Positions 37,849-46,536 of a DNA stretch of 64,000 bases are shown here, one piece after another. The DNA lies in assembly GCA_043744555.1 (NCBI GenBank), contig JAYTUL010000042.1:5854-69853 (forward strand), read 5' to 3'. Numbering within the stretch: position 1 is the stretch's first letter; each line of letters opens with the position of its first letter. The notes beneath the pieces were generated by a model. The model searched no databases and was not told the DNA's origin. It saw only the letters and a program-made list of their open reading frames with translations. Source of the DNA: a bacterium. GTDB lineage: Bacteria; Patescibacteriota; Minisyncoccia; Phycocordibacterales; UBA6899. The translations under genes were made by a program, and so were the position numbers.

Positions 37849-38697
37849 ATGACAACAGAAAATAATGATGAGGTGAGGGCATTGCGCATCGTTCCTCCTA
37901 AGGCAGCGGTTGTTGCAGTTTCGATACTCGCTATTTCGGGAGCATTACTACTGCTTGCGCTCTTTGTGAATACACTAAAGGAAAGCAAGTATATCGGTCG
38001 CGACATCAACTCACAGACGACAATTACCGTGACAGGTGACGGCGATGCTTATGAAGCTCCGAACATGGCGACGGTTTCTTTTTCGATCTCACAAGATGCA
38101 AAGAATTCTACCGACGCGAGAAAAACAGTGGATGAGAAAATGCAGAAGATTCATAACTTTCTTACCCAGTCAGGAGTTGCAGAAAAAGATATCAAAAATA
38201 CTGCTTATGATCTTTATCCTAAATATGATTACCTACGCTCGGCAACACTTTGCATACAGAACTTAACCGGAGGTCAAAACTACTGCCCGCCTGAAGGTAA
38301 ACAGGTACTTTCGGGGTACACGGTGACACAGTCTGTTGATATAAAGATCCGCAAGCTTGATGATGCAGGAAAGATTCTCGGCGGGCTTACTGATAATGGG
38401 GCTTCAAATGTGAGCGGACTGACCTTTGTTGTTGAGAACCAAGATGCGGTCATCTCCAAAGCACGTAAGGCGGCTATAACGAAAGCTGAAGTGAAAGCGA
38501 GCCAGCTTGCGAGCGATCTTGGAGTGACGCTTGTGCGCATCGTTTCGTTCAATGAAGGCAATAATTACCCTGTCTATAATTTTGCAAGAGAGGGAATGGC
38601 AAAAGCCATGAGTGCTGATGGTGCTTCAACTCCGAACATTCCAGCAGGTGAGAATAAGTATGTTTCCAACGTGACCATCGTCTACGAAATCAAGTAA
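37849..38697 (+). CDS. SIMPL-domain (DUF541/YggE-like) exported protein
   Basis: ITVTGDGDAYEAPNMATVSFSIS...GYTVTQSVDIKIRKLDDAGKILGGL...LTFVVENQDAVISKARKAAITKA. Confidence 0.8.
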   Translation: MTTENNDEVRALRIVPPKAAVVAVSILAISGALLLLALFVNTLKESKYIGRDINSQTTITVTGDGDAYEAPNMATVSFSISQDAKNSTDARKTVDEKMQKIHNFLTQSGVAEKDIKNTAYDLYPKYDYLRSATLCIQNLTGGQNYCPPEGKQVLSGYTVTQSVDIKIRKLDDAGKILGGLTDNGASNVSGLTFVVENQDAVISKARKAAITKAEVKASQLASDLGVTLVRIVSFNEGNNYPVYNFAREGMAKAMSADGASTPNIPAGENKYVSNVTIVYEIK

Positions 38698-38718
38698 ATC
38701 AAAAAAATTGGTGCCTGA

Positions 38719-38774
38719 CACCACAAAGAGTACTTCCAATTTCATCTCCCCATGGTCGTGAAATTTAGGTCGCT
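38719..38774 (+). repeat. Intergenic repeat copy A (ACACCAC..GAGTACTTCCAATTTCA...GAAATTTAGGTCGC)
   Basis: About 26/29 identical to 41231-41259, with a shared TTTAGGTCGC block. Followed by a GGTCGC...GCGACC stem. Confidence 0.5.
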
Positions 38775-39404
38775 TGTTTTTTCATCCGGAAGTCGAAGTC
38801 ACCATAGTAGCGACCTAATTTCTACGATTCTTTGAAAGTGTAAGTACTCGTGTGGTGACTACGTCTCGTGGACATTCCGTCTGTCCAAAACTTCATCATT
38901 CATCCAATTTATTCTGCAACATAAAACCTCGTACTCTCTGCGGGAGTGCAGTCGCAGTCTGCATACATGCTTTGGGAGCAAACTCGGCAGCGTCTTCGCT
39001 GACGCTCCCTTTATGAAAGAACTCCGCACTCCGTGCGGGGTATCTTTTTTTCATGAAGTGAGTCTGCCCAAGATGGGTCAGGCAAGAGCAAGGTAGATAA
39101 AACTTGCTCTAGGAAACTAGGAATAATGCTCGTTCCTACATTTCTCATTCCTTATACCATCTCCCCATAAAGATATATTTTTCCATAACTTTACTAGGTC
39201 CTTTTCCTCTTAATACCCCTTGGCTCTGCCATGGGGATTTCCGTTAAAGAAGGATTTGGGAAACCTTGGTTTCCAAGATAATTTTGAGCGGAGATCCTGG
39301 GATACCCCGCCGATGCGGAGCGGAGCGAGCAAGGGCACAGCTTGCCGCGGGGAGGTTCATTTGAGCATATTTAAAAACTCAAAATATTTCAATTTTTAAA
39401 AGAT

Positions 39405-39476
39405 ATGAAATACCTGAAAACGTGCTCAGGCTACTGCACCTTGACTAAAGCCAAGAAAGGCATATACTTTAACTAA
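39405..39476 (+). CDS. Candidate 23-aa small ORF (MKYLKTCSGYCTLTKAKKGIYFN) immediately before a strong terminator
   Basis: ATG...TAA with no clear SD. The terminator begins 7 nt after the stop. Speculative. Confidence 0.2.
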   Translation: MKYLKTCSGYCTLTKAKKGIYFN

Positions 39477-39482
39477 TTGAAT

Positions 39483-39504
39483 AAACGCCCTCGGGCGTTT
39501 TTTC
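39483..39504 (+). terminator. Rho-independent terminator upstream of secE
   Basis: AACGCCCTCGGGCGTT hairpin followed by TTTTTC. Confidence 0.75.
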
Positions 39505-39610
39505 TTAGGGGAAACGCCGAGGTGGCGACCTGATCCTCCGAGTCACATCTCTCGAGGAAACTGCTCTTTCGCGCGACAGGTATCTATCGTTATTATATTT
39601 TTCATTTTTA

Positions 39611-39790
39611 TGTCTACACTCATTAATTATCTTCGTGACGTGCGTGCTGAGCTCCGCCATGTGAGCTGGCCAACACGATCGCAAGCTATAAACTACACGA
39701 TCATCGTGCTTGTCATTTCGGTCGCAACCGGCCTATTTCTCGGTCTTCTCGACTTCACCTTCAGTATGGTGCTCAAGCGCTTCATCTAAA
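39611..39790 (+). CDS. secE: Preprotein translocase subunit SecE (59 aa, missing from the ORF track at the 60-aa cutoff)
   Basis: MSTLINYLRDVRAELRHVSWPTRSQAINYTIIVLVISVATGLFLGLLDFTFSMVLKRFI. Single TM, positioned directly before nusG. Confidence 0.8.
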
Positions 39791-39831
39791 GCACGACACT
39801 CCTCGGACTTAATAAAAATAACTATCAACTT

Positions 39832-40392
39832 ATGGAAGAAGAACAAACAACAACCCCTAAGGCATCTCCAACGCGACAGTGGTACGCCATTCACACCTAC
39901 TCAGGCTATGAGAATGCGGTCGTGCGCAATTTGAAGCAGCGCATAGAGTCGCTTGGCATGGAAGACAAGATCTTCGAAGTCGTCGTTCCTAAGGAGAAGA
40001 AGATAAAGATGAAGGCAGGTAAACGCGCCGAAATCGAAGAAGAGATCTACCCAGGCTACGTACTTGTGAATATGATCTACGATCCTGATTCTTGGTATGT
40101 TGTGCGCAACACACCTCGTGTTACTGGCTTTGTCGGTGCAGGCGTCGTGCCCGTACCGCTAGACCAGAAGGAGATAGACTCACTCTTTGCACGTATGGGT
40201 TCGAAGAATGTGAAGCACACTATCGATCTTGCCGTAGGCGAGTCGGTCATCATCACTGACGGCCCGTTCAAGGAGCTTGAAGGGCGTGTCGGTGAAGTTG
40301 ATGAGGACCGCGGTCGTGTGAAGGTCATGGTTCCTATGTTCGGCCGCGAAACGCCTGTAGAGCTAGACTTCCTCCAGATCAAAAAGATCTAG
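39832..40392 (+). CDS. nusG: Transcription termination/antitermination factor NusG
   Basis: WYAIHTYSGYENAV (NGN domain) plus a KOW domain (GESVIITDGPFKELEGRV). Confidence 0.95.
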   Translation: MEEEQTTTPKASPTRQWYAIHTYSGYENAVVRNLKQRIESLGMEDKIFEVVVPKEKKIKMKAGKRAEIEEEIYPGYVLVNMIYDPDSWYVVRNTPRVTGFVGAGVVPVPLDQKEIDSLFARMGSKNVKHTIDLAVGESVIITDGPFKELEGRVGEVDEDRGRVKVMVPMFGRETPVELDFLQIKKI

Positions 40393-40594
40393 AGCTCTCG
40401 TTGTCACATCCCTCACCTTTTCTTTGGAAGGTTTGGTGGTACGAAGCAGTAAAAATACTAACATCTTGCGGAATAGATAAATATTCAGTAATATCATCCT
40501 ATTGGAATGTGGATAAATATCCATGGCTACTCGTTCCATCAGCGCAGTAAGGCTTCTACTTACCGCTCGATAATCATTCATCTTAAAACTATAT

Positions 40595-41017
40595 ATGGCT
40601 AAAAAAATAACAAAAAAATTAAAGCTCCAGATACCGGGCGGTAAAGCTACTCCTGCTCCTCCCGTAGGTCCTGCCTTAGGTCAGGCGGGTATCAATATTG
40701 GTGACTTCGTACAGAAGTTCAATGCCGCAACTGCATCGCAGATGGGTGAGATCATCCCTGTTGAGATCTCGGTCTACGATGATCGTAGTTTTACCTTCAT
40801 CACCAAGGTCACTCCAGTTTCTCGCCTTATTTTAAAGGCACTCGGAAAGGACAAGGGTGCAAATAAACCGGGGTCCCAGAAGATGGATGCGATCACAAGC
40901 GACCAGATCCGCCAAATAGCTGAGAAGAAGATGCCTGATCTGAACGCCGCTTCGATAGAAGCTGCTATGAAGACAGTGGCAGGCACTGCACGCTCGATGG
41001 GGATAAAGGTGCTTTGA
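40595..41017 (+). CDS. rplK: 50S ribosomal protein L11
   Basis: [26 protein letters not shown]... Confidence 0.95.
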   Translation: MAKKITKKLKLQIPGGKATPAPPVGPALGQAGINIGDFVQKFNAATASQMGEIIPVEISVYDDRSFTFITKVTPVSRLILKALGKDKGANKPGSQKMDAITSDQIRQIAEKKMPDLNAASIEAAMKTVAGTARSMGIKVL

Positions 41018-41230
41018 ATAGCACCTTTATCGACCTTTTCAGGATTTTCACGAACGTAGTGAGATGAAAAGCCGAAAAGGTGTTGAAACAAGACAAGTTA
41101 AATGTTTCAAGGTCGGAGCGCGGCGGCGCGAGATGGGGTCGCGGAAATTTTCAGAAGAAAATTATCCGTGACCAGCTCCTGTAAGGAGTTAAGGTGAAAG
41201 ACTAATTCAAACTTCCAAATTTGCCGCACT

Positions 41231-41290
41231 ACACCACGGAGAGTACTTCCAAATTTCAGTACTCGAGGACTCGATGGAATTTTAGGTCGC
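41231..41290 (+). repeat. Intergenic repeat copy B (ACACCACGGAGAGTACTTCCAAATTTCAG...GGAATTTTAGGTCGC)
   Basis: Second copy, about 200 nt downstream of rplK. Followed by a 10-bp hairpin GGGGAACGTAT...ATACGTCCCC. Confidence 0.5.
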
Positions 41291-41573
41291 CCGTCCTTCC
41301 TAATTTTGGATTCGGGGAACGTATCAGACATACGTCCCCTCGAATACCAAAACAGTTCAGAACTTCGTATTGCTTCGAAAATAAACCCTTTGCGTGAATT
41401 TTAAACTTAAAACAGGCCACTCGGTCTGTTTTTTGTTTAGGGGTAATTAATGGGGAATCAAAAGTCCTACATCTATCGTAGGACTTTAATTAATGTGCTG
41501 CATGTCAGGGGCTTAGCTGCGGTTGACGGCACGGCTCTCGGAGGCAACGAGGAGAAGCTTTGCGATGCTTTTT

Positions 41574-41666
41574 TTACTCGCGGAAGTGAGCGTGGACAGC
41601 GGGTTTCTGGACGAGAATGACGGTTGCGGCGATCGCACCAAGTGCGAAAATCAAAAGCGATTTCAT
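41574..41666 (-). CDS. Candidate 30-aa hydrophobic small protein (MKSLLIFALGAIAATVILVQKPAVHAHFRE)
   Basis: AAGGAG lies 6 nt upstream of the ATG on the minus strand. Single TM or signal-like segment. Speculative. Confidence 0.3.
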   Translation of the reverse strand: MKSLLIFALGAIAATVILVQKPAVHAHFRE

Positions 41667-41788
41667 GGCGTGCTCCTTTTGTATCAAAAATGTCTCTCCT
41701 TAGGCTATACCTCCTACATATTAGGATCAAGAATGTTTTCCTCGTCGAGACGATTGAGTAGTATTAGGCGCATGCTATACTCAAAAAT

Positions 41789-42298
41789 ATGAACGAGAAA
41801 AACACCCACCAGCGCCCTTCATGGGACGAGTATTTTATGCAGATTGCCGAGCTTGTCGGCAGCCGTGCTACGTGTGACCGCGGGCGAGCGGGAAGTGTCG
41901 TAACCCGCGATAAGCGAATTCTAACCACTGGCTATGTAGGCGCTCCGGCAGGGGTCAAAGACTGCGATGAATCAGGGCATGAGCTCCACATGGTAGAGCA
42001 TCCAGACGGAACGAAGTCGCAGCATTGCGTGCGGGGTACGCACTCAGAGCAGAATGTTATCGTGCAGGCTGCACGCATAGGCGTGTCGCTCAATGGCGGA
42101 ACACTCTATACGCACATGGCTCCCTGCTACGCGTGTGCAAAGATGATCATCAACGCAGGCATCATTCGTATTGTCGCAGGCAAAGACTATCATGGCGCAG
42201 CACGCAGCAAAGAGATATTTCACGAAGCAGGAGTGAAGTTCGAATTGCTATCGAAAGAAATGGAAACTTATCCGGATATGGATGCTGTAGAAGAATAA
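41789..42298 (+). CDS. dCMP deaminase (cytidine/deoxycytidylate deaminase family)
   Basis: GTHSEQNV (H-x-E) and APCYACAKMI (PCxxC) zinc-binding motifs. Confidence 0.85.
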   Translation: MNEKNTHQRPSWDEYFMQIAELVGSRATCDRGRAGSVVTRDKRILTTGYVGAPAGVKDCDESGHELHMVEHPDGTKSQHCVRGTHSEQNVIVQAARIGVSLNGGTLYTHMAPCYACAKMIINAGIIRIVAGKDYHGAARSKEIFHEAGVKFELLSKEMETYPDMDAVEE

Positions 42299-42315
42299 AT
42301 TTTTTTAAGATCGCT

Positions 42316-42870
42316 ATGAAAAAACTCATACTTGGATTTACTGGCGAGATGGCAAGCGGCAAGGGAACCTGCGCGGCATATCTGAAGGAAAAATATAATG
42401 CCGAAACGTTTCGTTTTTCAACAGCACTCTTTGATGTTGCGCATCGTATGCACCTAAAGGATGATCGCGACACACTCCAGAAGATATCGACATTTTTCCG
42501 CAAAGAGTTCGGTGAAGATACGCTCGCTAAGGTCATGTTTCAGGATGCAAAAGGCGCACAAGCAGAACTCGTCGTCATCGACGGCGTGCGACGCCTTGAA
42601 GATGTGAAGTATCTGCGTGAGCTGCCGGAATTCAAGCTTGTATTCTTAAGCGCTCCCATTCGCACGCGCTACGAGCGCATGGTCAAGCGTGGTGAGAAAG
42701 CCGACGATAGTACGAAGACCTACCATGAATTCGAGGCAGATCACAAGCGTGAGAGCGAGCTCGAGATAACGAAACTCGAAGCCTTTGCACAAGAGGTCAT
42801 CGACAATAGCGGCACGATGCCCGAGCTTCAGGCTGCGCTTGACACCATCATCAAGAAATACGGTGAATAA
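42316..42870 (+). CDS. P-loop nucleoside/nucleotide kinase (dNMP-kinase-like). The ORF-track call 42025-42870 over-extends, and the internal start MKKLILGF is preferred
   Basis: Walker A GFTGEMASGKGT. Size and context (between dCMP deaminase and tmk) fit the call, with loose resemblance to T4 gp1-type dNMP kinases. Confidence 0.55.
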   Translation: MKKLILGFTGEMASGKGTCAAYLKEKYNAETFRFSTALFDVAHRMHLKDDRDTLQKISTFFRKEFGEDTLAKVMFQDAKGAQAELVVIDGVRRLEDVKYLRELPEFKLVFLSAPIRTRYERMVKRGEKADDSTKTYHEFEADHKRESELEITKLEAFAQEVIDNSGTMPELQAALDTIIKKYGE

Positions 42871-42929
42871 GCTCACCTCTCTCGTGTGGGGTATTTATGA
42901 TATAAAACTGTAAAGAAGTTCTACGAAGG

Positions 42930-43652
42930 ATGTATATGGATAAACAAGCGGACAAAAAAGGAATCCTTGCCGTCATCGATGGCGTCGATGGTTCAGGAAA
43001 AGGCACGCACACAAACATGCTTGTAGAGCGCCTGCAAAAGGAAGGCCGCGATGTGGTCATGATGGATTTTCCTCGCTACGGAATGCCCTCAGCGCTTTTC
43101 ATTGAGCGCTACCTGCGCGGCGAAATGGGCACCGCTCTCGAAGTCGGACCATATCGCGCATCAGTCTATTATGCAGAAGATAGAGCAGATGCCGCCCCCG
43201 AGATAAAAGCAGCACTCGCGCGCGGCGCAATCGTGCTTTGTAATCGCTACGTTTCCTCGAACATGGGGCACCAGGCAGGGAAAATTGCAGACAGAGTTGA
43301 GCGCGAGCGCTTTCTCCTGTGGCTCAAGGAGTATGAATACGAAGTGCGCGGGATCCCGATTCCTGACATCAATATTCTTCTTTACGTGACTCCTGAGATG
43401 GGTCAAATACTTGTCGACAACAAATCTGCCCGTGCCTACACCCAAGGCATGAAGCGCGATATCCACGAAGCAGATATCGAGCATCTGCGACACTCATCAG
43501 AGGCTTATCTTGAGGTGGCTCGCAAAGAAAACTGGAAGATCATCAGTCTTATGGATGGTGACGACGCGCTTCGGGATAAGGCAGACGTACATGAGGAGAT
43601 ATACGCATATCTGCGATCTGTAAGTGCAATTTATGGTCTACAAAAGACCTAA
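42930..43652 (+). CDS. tmk: Thymidylate kinase
   Basis: VIDGVDGSGKGT P-loop, DRY-like VLCNRYVSS, and lid region. Confidence 0.85.
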   Translation: MYMDKQADKKGILAVIDGVDGSGKGTHTNMLVERLQKEGRDVVMMDFPRYGMPSALFIERYLRGEMGTALEVGPYRASVYYAEDRADAAPEIKAALARGAIVLCNRYVSSNMGHQAGKIADRVERERFLLWLKEYEYEVRGIPIPDINILLYVTPEMGQILVDNKSARAYTQGMKRDIHEADIEHLRHSSEAYLEVARKENWKIISLMDGDDALRDKADVHEEIYAYLRSVSAIYGLQKT

Positions 43653-43732
43653 AAATCGCTCGACAAGTGTTGATCGATTTGTTTTTGTCATCGGCTTTTA
43701 TTTCAAGGCCCGTATGTTACTATCTGTTTATG

Positions 43733-45520
43733 ATAGAGATAGAAGAAAAATTAGCAGAGCTTATCGAGCGCGCGCTTGACGAGCTTGGGGTTATGAATGC
43801 AAAAGTGTCCTTGGAGCATCCCGCAGAAATCGCGCACGGTGATTATGCCACCAACGTAGCGATGGTGGCGGCAAAGGCTGCCGGCAAAAATCCTCGTGCG
43901 CTCGCCGAGGAAATTGTCGCCAAACTGAAAGAGGGGAACACTCTAGAAATCGCAGACGTCTCCATTGCTGGCCCTGGCTTCATTAACTTTAAACTTTCAA
44001 ATACATATTTTACGAATTGTTTAGATCAGAGTATCAAGGACGGTGCGGCATTTGGCAAAAACGATATACTTGCGAATGCGCGTGTCGTCGTCGAATACAC
44101 AGACCCCAATCCGTTCAAAGAATTTCATATCGGGCACCTTATGAGCAACACTATCGGTGAATCCATTTCTCGTCTCATCGAAGCCTCTGGTGCCGAAACA
44201 AAACGTGCCTGTTATCAAGGTGACGTAGGGCTGCATGTAGCAAAAGCGGTGTGGGGACTTCGAGTTTTAGTTACTGAGGCGGCTCAACGACTCGGAGAGA
44301 AATGGGACCTAAGTCTCTCTCTTGAAACAATGCTCGAAACATCTAAGTTTATTGATGAAAAAAAGTTAAAAGAGAATCTTTTGTTTGCTTATAGTTATGG
44401 TTCAAAACAATATGAGCTAGACGAAGTCGCAAAAAAAGAAATTCAAGAAATAAATAAGCAACTTTATACTCGTTCAGATGAAAGAATTAATGAGCTTTAT
44501 GATTGGGGTCGAAAGCAGTCACTTGAAGAGTTTGAAACTATCTATAAACGCCTCGGTACTAATCATAATAAAAAAGAAGGAAAGGCTTTTGATTTTTATT
44601 TCTTCGAGTCTAATACTGGTGAGTTCGGCAAGAAAGTTGTTGAAGAGCATAGAGATATATTTGAGACAAGCGAGGGTGCTGTGGTCTACAAAGGCGACGA
44701 GGCAAAAGGCCTGCACACGCGTGTGTTCATAAATAAAGAGGGGTTACCTACATATGAAGCAAAGGAGCTCGGACTTGCCAAGATAAAATACGACGCGTAT
44801 CCATATGACACGTCGATTATCATCACCGGCAATGAGGTGAATGATTATTTCAGGGTACTGCTCGATGCTATGGCAAAAGTATTCCCTCTGCTTGCCGCAA
44901 AGACCGAGCACTATTCTCATGGCATGCTGCGCTTGCCGACAGGCAAGATGTCCTCGCGCACAGGCGATGTCATTACCGCAGAGGCGCTCCTTGCTGATGT
45001 GAAGTCACGTGCGATAGCGAAGATTACAAAAGATGATTTTACTGAAGAAGAAAAATCTGACATTGGAGAGTTGGTCGCTATCGGTGCCATCAAATATAGT
45101 ATTTTACGCCAAGCTGGAGGCAAAGATATTATTTTTGATATCGAGCAGTCGCTCTCATTTGAGGGGGACTCAGGTCCTTATTTGCAGTACACATATGCAC
45201 GGACACGCTCGCTGCTTAAAAAGGCAGGCGAGAAGAAAGGGGATGCACAGAGAATGACTTCGGCGGAGGTCATTCCCCTCCATAAGTACATATTGCGATT
45301 CCCCGAGGTGGTATTGCGTGCACAACAGGCGCGAGAGCCGCACTTTGTTGCCACCTATCTTATTGAGATAGCCCGAGAATTTAATGCATTCTATGCCAAC
45401 AATCCGATATTAGACGGCTCTCCTGATGAGCCATACAAACTCGCCCTTGTGGAATCAGTATCACACATCCTTAAGTATGGACTTTGGTTGCTTGGTATCG
45501 AAGCACCAGATAGAATGTAA
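43733..45520 (+). CDS. argS: Arginine--tRNA ligase (the ORF-track start 43667 is probably over-extended)
   Basis: PNPFKEFHIGHLMSNTIGES (HIGH motif), the DALR anticodon-binding domain, and ...KYGLWLLGIEAPDRM, a typical ArgRS C-terminal ending. Confidence 0.9.
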   Translation: MEIEEKLAELIERALDELGVMNAKVSLEHPAEIAHGDYATNVAMVAAKAAGKNPRALAEEIVAKLKEGNTLEIADVSIAGPGFINFKLSNTYFTNCLDQSIKDGAAFGKNDILANARVVVEYTDPNPFKEFHIGHLMSNTIGESISRLIEASGAETKRACYQGDVGLHVAKAVWGLRVLVTEAAQRLGEKWDLSLSLETMLETSKFIDEKKLKENLLFAYSYGSKQYELDEVAKKEIQEINKQLYTRSDERINELYDWGRKQSLEEFETIYKRLGTNHNKKEGKAFDFYFFESNTGEFGKKVVEEHRDIFETSEGAVVYKGDEAKGLHTRVFINKEGLPTYEAKELGLAKIKYDAYPYDTSIIITGNEVNDYFRVLLDAMAKVFPLLAAKTEHYSHGMLRLPTGKMSSRTGDVITAEALLADVKSRAIAKITKDDFTEEEKSDIGELVAIGAIKYSILRQAGGKDIIFDIEQSLSFEGDSGPYLQYTYARTRSLLKKAGEKKGDAQRMTSAEVIPLHKYILRFPEVVLRAQQAREPHFVATYLIEIAREFNAFYANNPILDGSPDEPYKLALVESVSHILKYGLWLLGIEAPDRM

Positions 45521-45523
45521 CGT

Positions 45524-45793
45524 ATGGAGAACGAAACCAAACTGACACCAATGGTAAATGTATGGATGGTGGTTTTTTGTACGATGCTTGCCACCGGGCT
45601 GTTTGGCTTCATATGGCACACCATGGGCATGAGCGAGGCGCGCGACGCGGATGAGAAAGAATCGCTAGTTGTAAAAGAAGATATTGTCCGCCTCACCGTC
45701 TATCGCGACCAACTCAAGACCAAGATGGCGAGTACGAGCGCAACTACAACACAACAGTCAGCATCGTCTACCACTAATAGTGTTAAAAAATGA
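45524..45793 (+). CDS. Small membrane protein (1 TM + charged tail)
   Basis: ORF between argS and ileS on the same strand. Confidence 0.4.
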   Translation: MENETKLTPMVNVWMVVFCTMLATGLFGFIWHTMGMSEARDADEKESLVVKEDIVRLTVYRDQLKTKMASTSATTTQQSASSTTNSVKK

Positions 45794-45797
45794 TCAT

Positions 45798-46064
45798 ATG
45801 AGTCGAAAAGAAGTACTTCAACTGAATGGGCTAACAATACTTGTGGTCATTACCCTTATTGCGAACTTTCTTATCGTGGGATTTTTTTACCGTTTTCACA
45901 ACTACAATTTGTTCGTGCAAGAAAAAAAACATGGGGTGGAATACACTCAACATCTCAAGACGCAGCATGATCTCCATCAAGAAATTGCCAACATGGAGGG
46001 TGTAAAAACATGGAACGAAACAGGGTATATGCAGAATCTGAATATCGGCGAATTTGGAAAGTGA
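45798..46064 (+). CDS. Small membrane protein (1 TM)
   Basis: MSRKEVLQLNGLTILVVITLIANFLIVGFF... Confidence 0.4.
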   Translation: MSRKEVLQLNGLTILVVITLIANFLIVGFFYRFHNYNLFVQEKKHGVEYTQHLKTQHDLHQEIANMEGVKTWNETGYMQNLNIGEFGK

Positions 46065-46308
46065 TCACGCGGATGAGTCCGTCTCGCAGGTGGGGTTTGT
46101 TTGGGTCATGTTGCCCGACCTTGAACGGTTTGATTCATTTCTTGAGCCATACCCAGATTGTGTGGTGGTAGAACATCAGGAGATATTCTGGTCTTTTGAG
46201 GACTGCGCTCCAAGAGAAAGAATAGAAAAACGAACGGGAGCCATGCGAGATACATCTCGCCGTTTTGGATCGTTTTTATTGACCAAACGAACGAGAGGCC
46301 GAATATGA
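46054..46308 (+). CDS. Small hypothetical protein
   Basis: 84-aa ORF. Weak support. Confidence 0.3.
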   Translation: MESDHADESVSQVGFVWVMLPDLERFDSFLEPYPDCVVVEHQEIFWSFEDCAPRERIEKRTGAMRDTSRRFGSFLLTKRTRGRI

Positions 46309-46536
46309 GCGCGAAGACAAGACTGCAAGCAAAGAGCAGAGCGTGATGCCCCGAAAGAAATTACCCCAGGCGCCTTCCAAGGGCGCTGATGCGTTTTTGT
46401 AACATACGCTTCTCCTTAAAAGAAAATGAGCGAAACTCTCTTTGCGAATAATACCGTAAAATAAAGCCTTTTCTAATTTCCGCTTTCGAGAAATATAGTG
46501 CGAAATTAAGCGACTCAGTGTAGTATAATCGCTACT

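Noticed and set aside
38900-39480. tRNA-Trp, rpmG (L33) or RNase P RNA, which often sit upstream of secE
   Set aside because: I found no GTTCGAnTC T-loop and no cloverleaf. The RNase P P4 and GGTGCGGTAAGAGCGCACC-type motifs are absent. The small ORFs do not match L33 (no CxxC...CxxC, wrong composition). The region is left as unassigned non-coding.
41176-41190. CTCCTGTAAGGAG mini-hairpin shared by the rplK-downstream region and the rpsS leader (62675-62688)
   Set aside because: A 13-14-mer shared twice in 64 kb is within chance expectation, which is several such pairs. It is noted but not called a repeat family.
41523-41792. 89-aa plus-strand and 85-aa minus-strand ORFs in the rplK-dCMP deaminase spacer
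   Set aside because: Biased, Arg/Ser-rich composition, no motifs and mutual overlap. The short SD-preceded 30-aa ORF on the minus strand fits better.
42025-42315. N-terminal 97 codons of the ORF-track call 42025-42870, overlapping dCMP deaminase
   Set aside because: It overlaps the well-supported deaminase in another frame. The kinase-like homology and a plausible start (MKKLILGFTGEMASGKGT) begin at 42316.
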